Source: Catajapyx aquilonaris
Taxonomy: Eukaryota
DNA: 50,064 bases
NCBI GenBank assembly: GCA_000934665.2
Contig: KZ538740.1
Coordinates: 1 to 50,064 of the forward strand
Direction of reading: 5' to 3'
In this document: positions 49,081-50,064 of the stretch, piece by piece
Layout: each line of letters opens with the position of its first letter
How positions within the stretch are numbered: position 1 is the stretch's first letter
Program-made: the position numbers and the translations under genes
The notes under the pieces: generated by a model
Database searches by the model: none
What the model saw: the letters and a program-made list of their open reading frames with translations, nothing else
Told to the model about the DNA's origin: nothing

Positions 49081-50064
49081 TTTGTGAGTTCAGGTAAAGA
49101 TCTGCTTGGTGAGGGTGCACTTTATAGCCCCCCCCCTCCCCCCCCNCCCCCCCCCCCAGCAGGTTGCTATATATCTTCTGGATCTACTCAATGAGTCGAA
49201 TGCTCGGTCGAATGACACTATTCCTAGGGTGCAAAACATTTAATACAAAAGTTATTGAATTTTGAAATTGCATGTAATTAACAACAACAACAACAACATC
49301 ACGACATTTCCCTATGAGGGGTAGTCAGCGATGAAGGGAGACGCAAGTTAACCCAACATATGGACTAATAAACAATGTAATTAACAATAAATAAAAATGC
49401 ACAAATGTTCCTTTGTTAAATCTGTTTCCTCCTATCATTGTTGCGTGACGGCATCTCCATGGTAATTTGAAAAGTAAAATGTAGGTTGTGCAGTTACATA
49501 ACCCAAAATAAGCGCACAGCTCACTGACACTTGCATTAATTTAACTAAATCATCATGTGCCATGCGACGTGCCGTGCCTGGCAGGGGCACAAGACCGACA
49601 GTACCTGAGTAATCAACAAGCATAGGATGCCTTTTACGGCAACACTCTTGTTGGTGAGCAAGAGGCCTTGAGCAATGGCCCCTTACTTCAAGGAAGGCTT
49701 GCCCGATTCCAGATACGAACCAATGCCTAGGCCATGAATGCACCTGAATGATGATCAATATTAACCCTTAACTACGTAGGTGGGTGAAACACCTTTAAGG
49801 TGGAAATGAAGCGACTTGCTAATCAAATGAGAGTCTAGAATTGGAATGTTAATAAGAAGGGCTAAAATCAGGGAAACATACGCAACCGATGCAGCAGTAA
49901 ATGCTGTTCAATCCTATGCATTCCATTCGAATCTGCGTTTTAAACTCGATTTAATATGGGCCCATTTCCGGCTGCAAGTTCTTGTGCGCAAGCGCAATTG
50001 TCACGGCTGCCAACTTAAACATGGTATTTGGAGGTGTGCTTAATATTTGTTATTTTTGATGGAA

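Noticed and set aside
1..50064. CRISPR arrays, operons or other prokaryotic systems
   Set aside because: No regularly spaced repeats. The genes are spliceosomal-intron eukaryotic genes.

Overview
Eukaryotic, arthropod-like draft genomic DNA with short N gaps at poly-G/C tracts. It is not prokaryotic, so most ORF-track entries are spurious. I assembled three complete spliced genes by hand from GT-AG junctions and phase. (1) A claudin/PMP22-superfamily tetraspan gene resembling Drosophila CG6398 (minus strand, 7 coding exons, 22695..3735, 280 aa). (2) An ABCA3-like full ABC transporter (plus strand, 30 coding exons, 27152..42693, about 1695 aa). (3) NUBP2/Cfd1, the cytosolic Fe-S scaffold (minus strand, 6 coding exons, 47776..42732, 260 aa). 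The ABCA and NUBP2 stop codons converge only 38 bp apart. The window opens with a probable last exon of a DLGAP/vulcan-like gene, followed by a decayed RanBP2-zinc-finger coding relic. Introns are dense with transposon material: a fossil Rep-Hel Helitron, a tandem non-autonomous Helitron-like pair ending in stacked hairpins, a near-perfect 716-bp mariner foldback, tRNA-derived SINEs and many small TIR elements with target-site duplications (TSDs). All family assignments come from motif recognition by eye; no database search was run.
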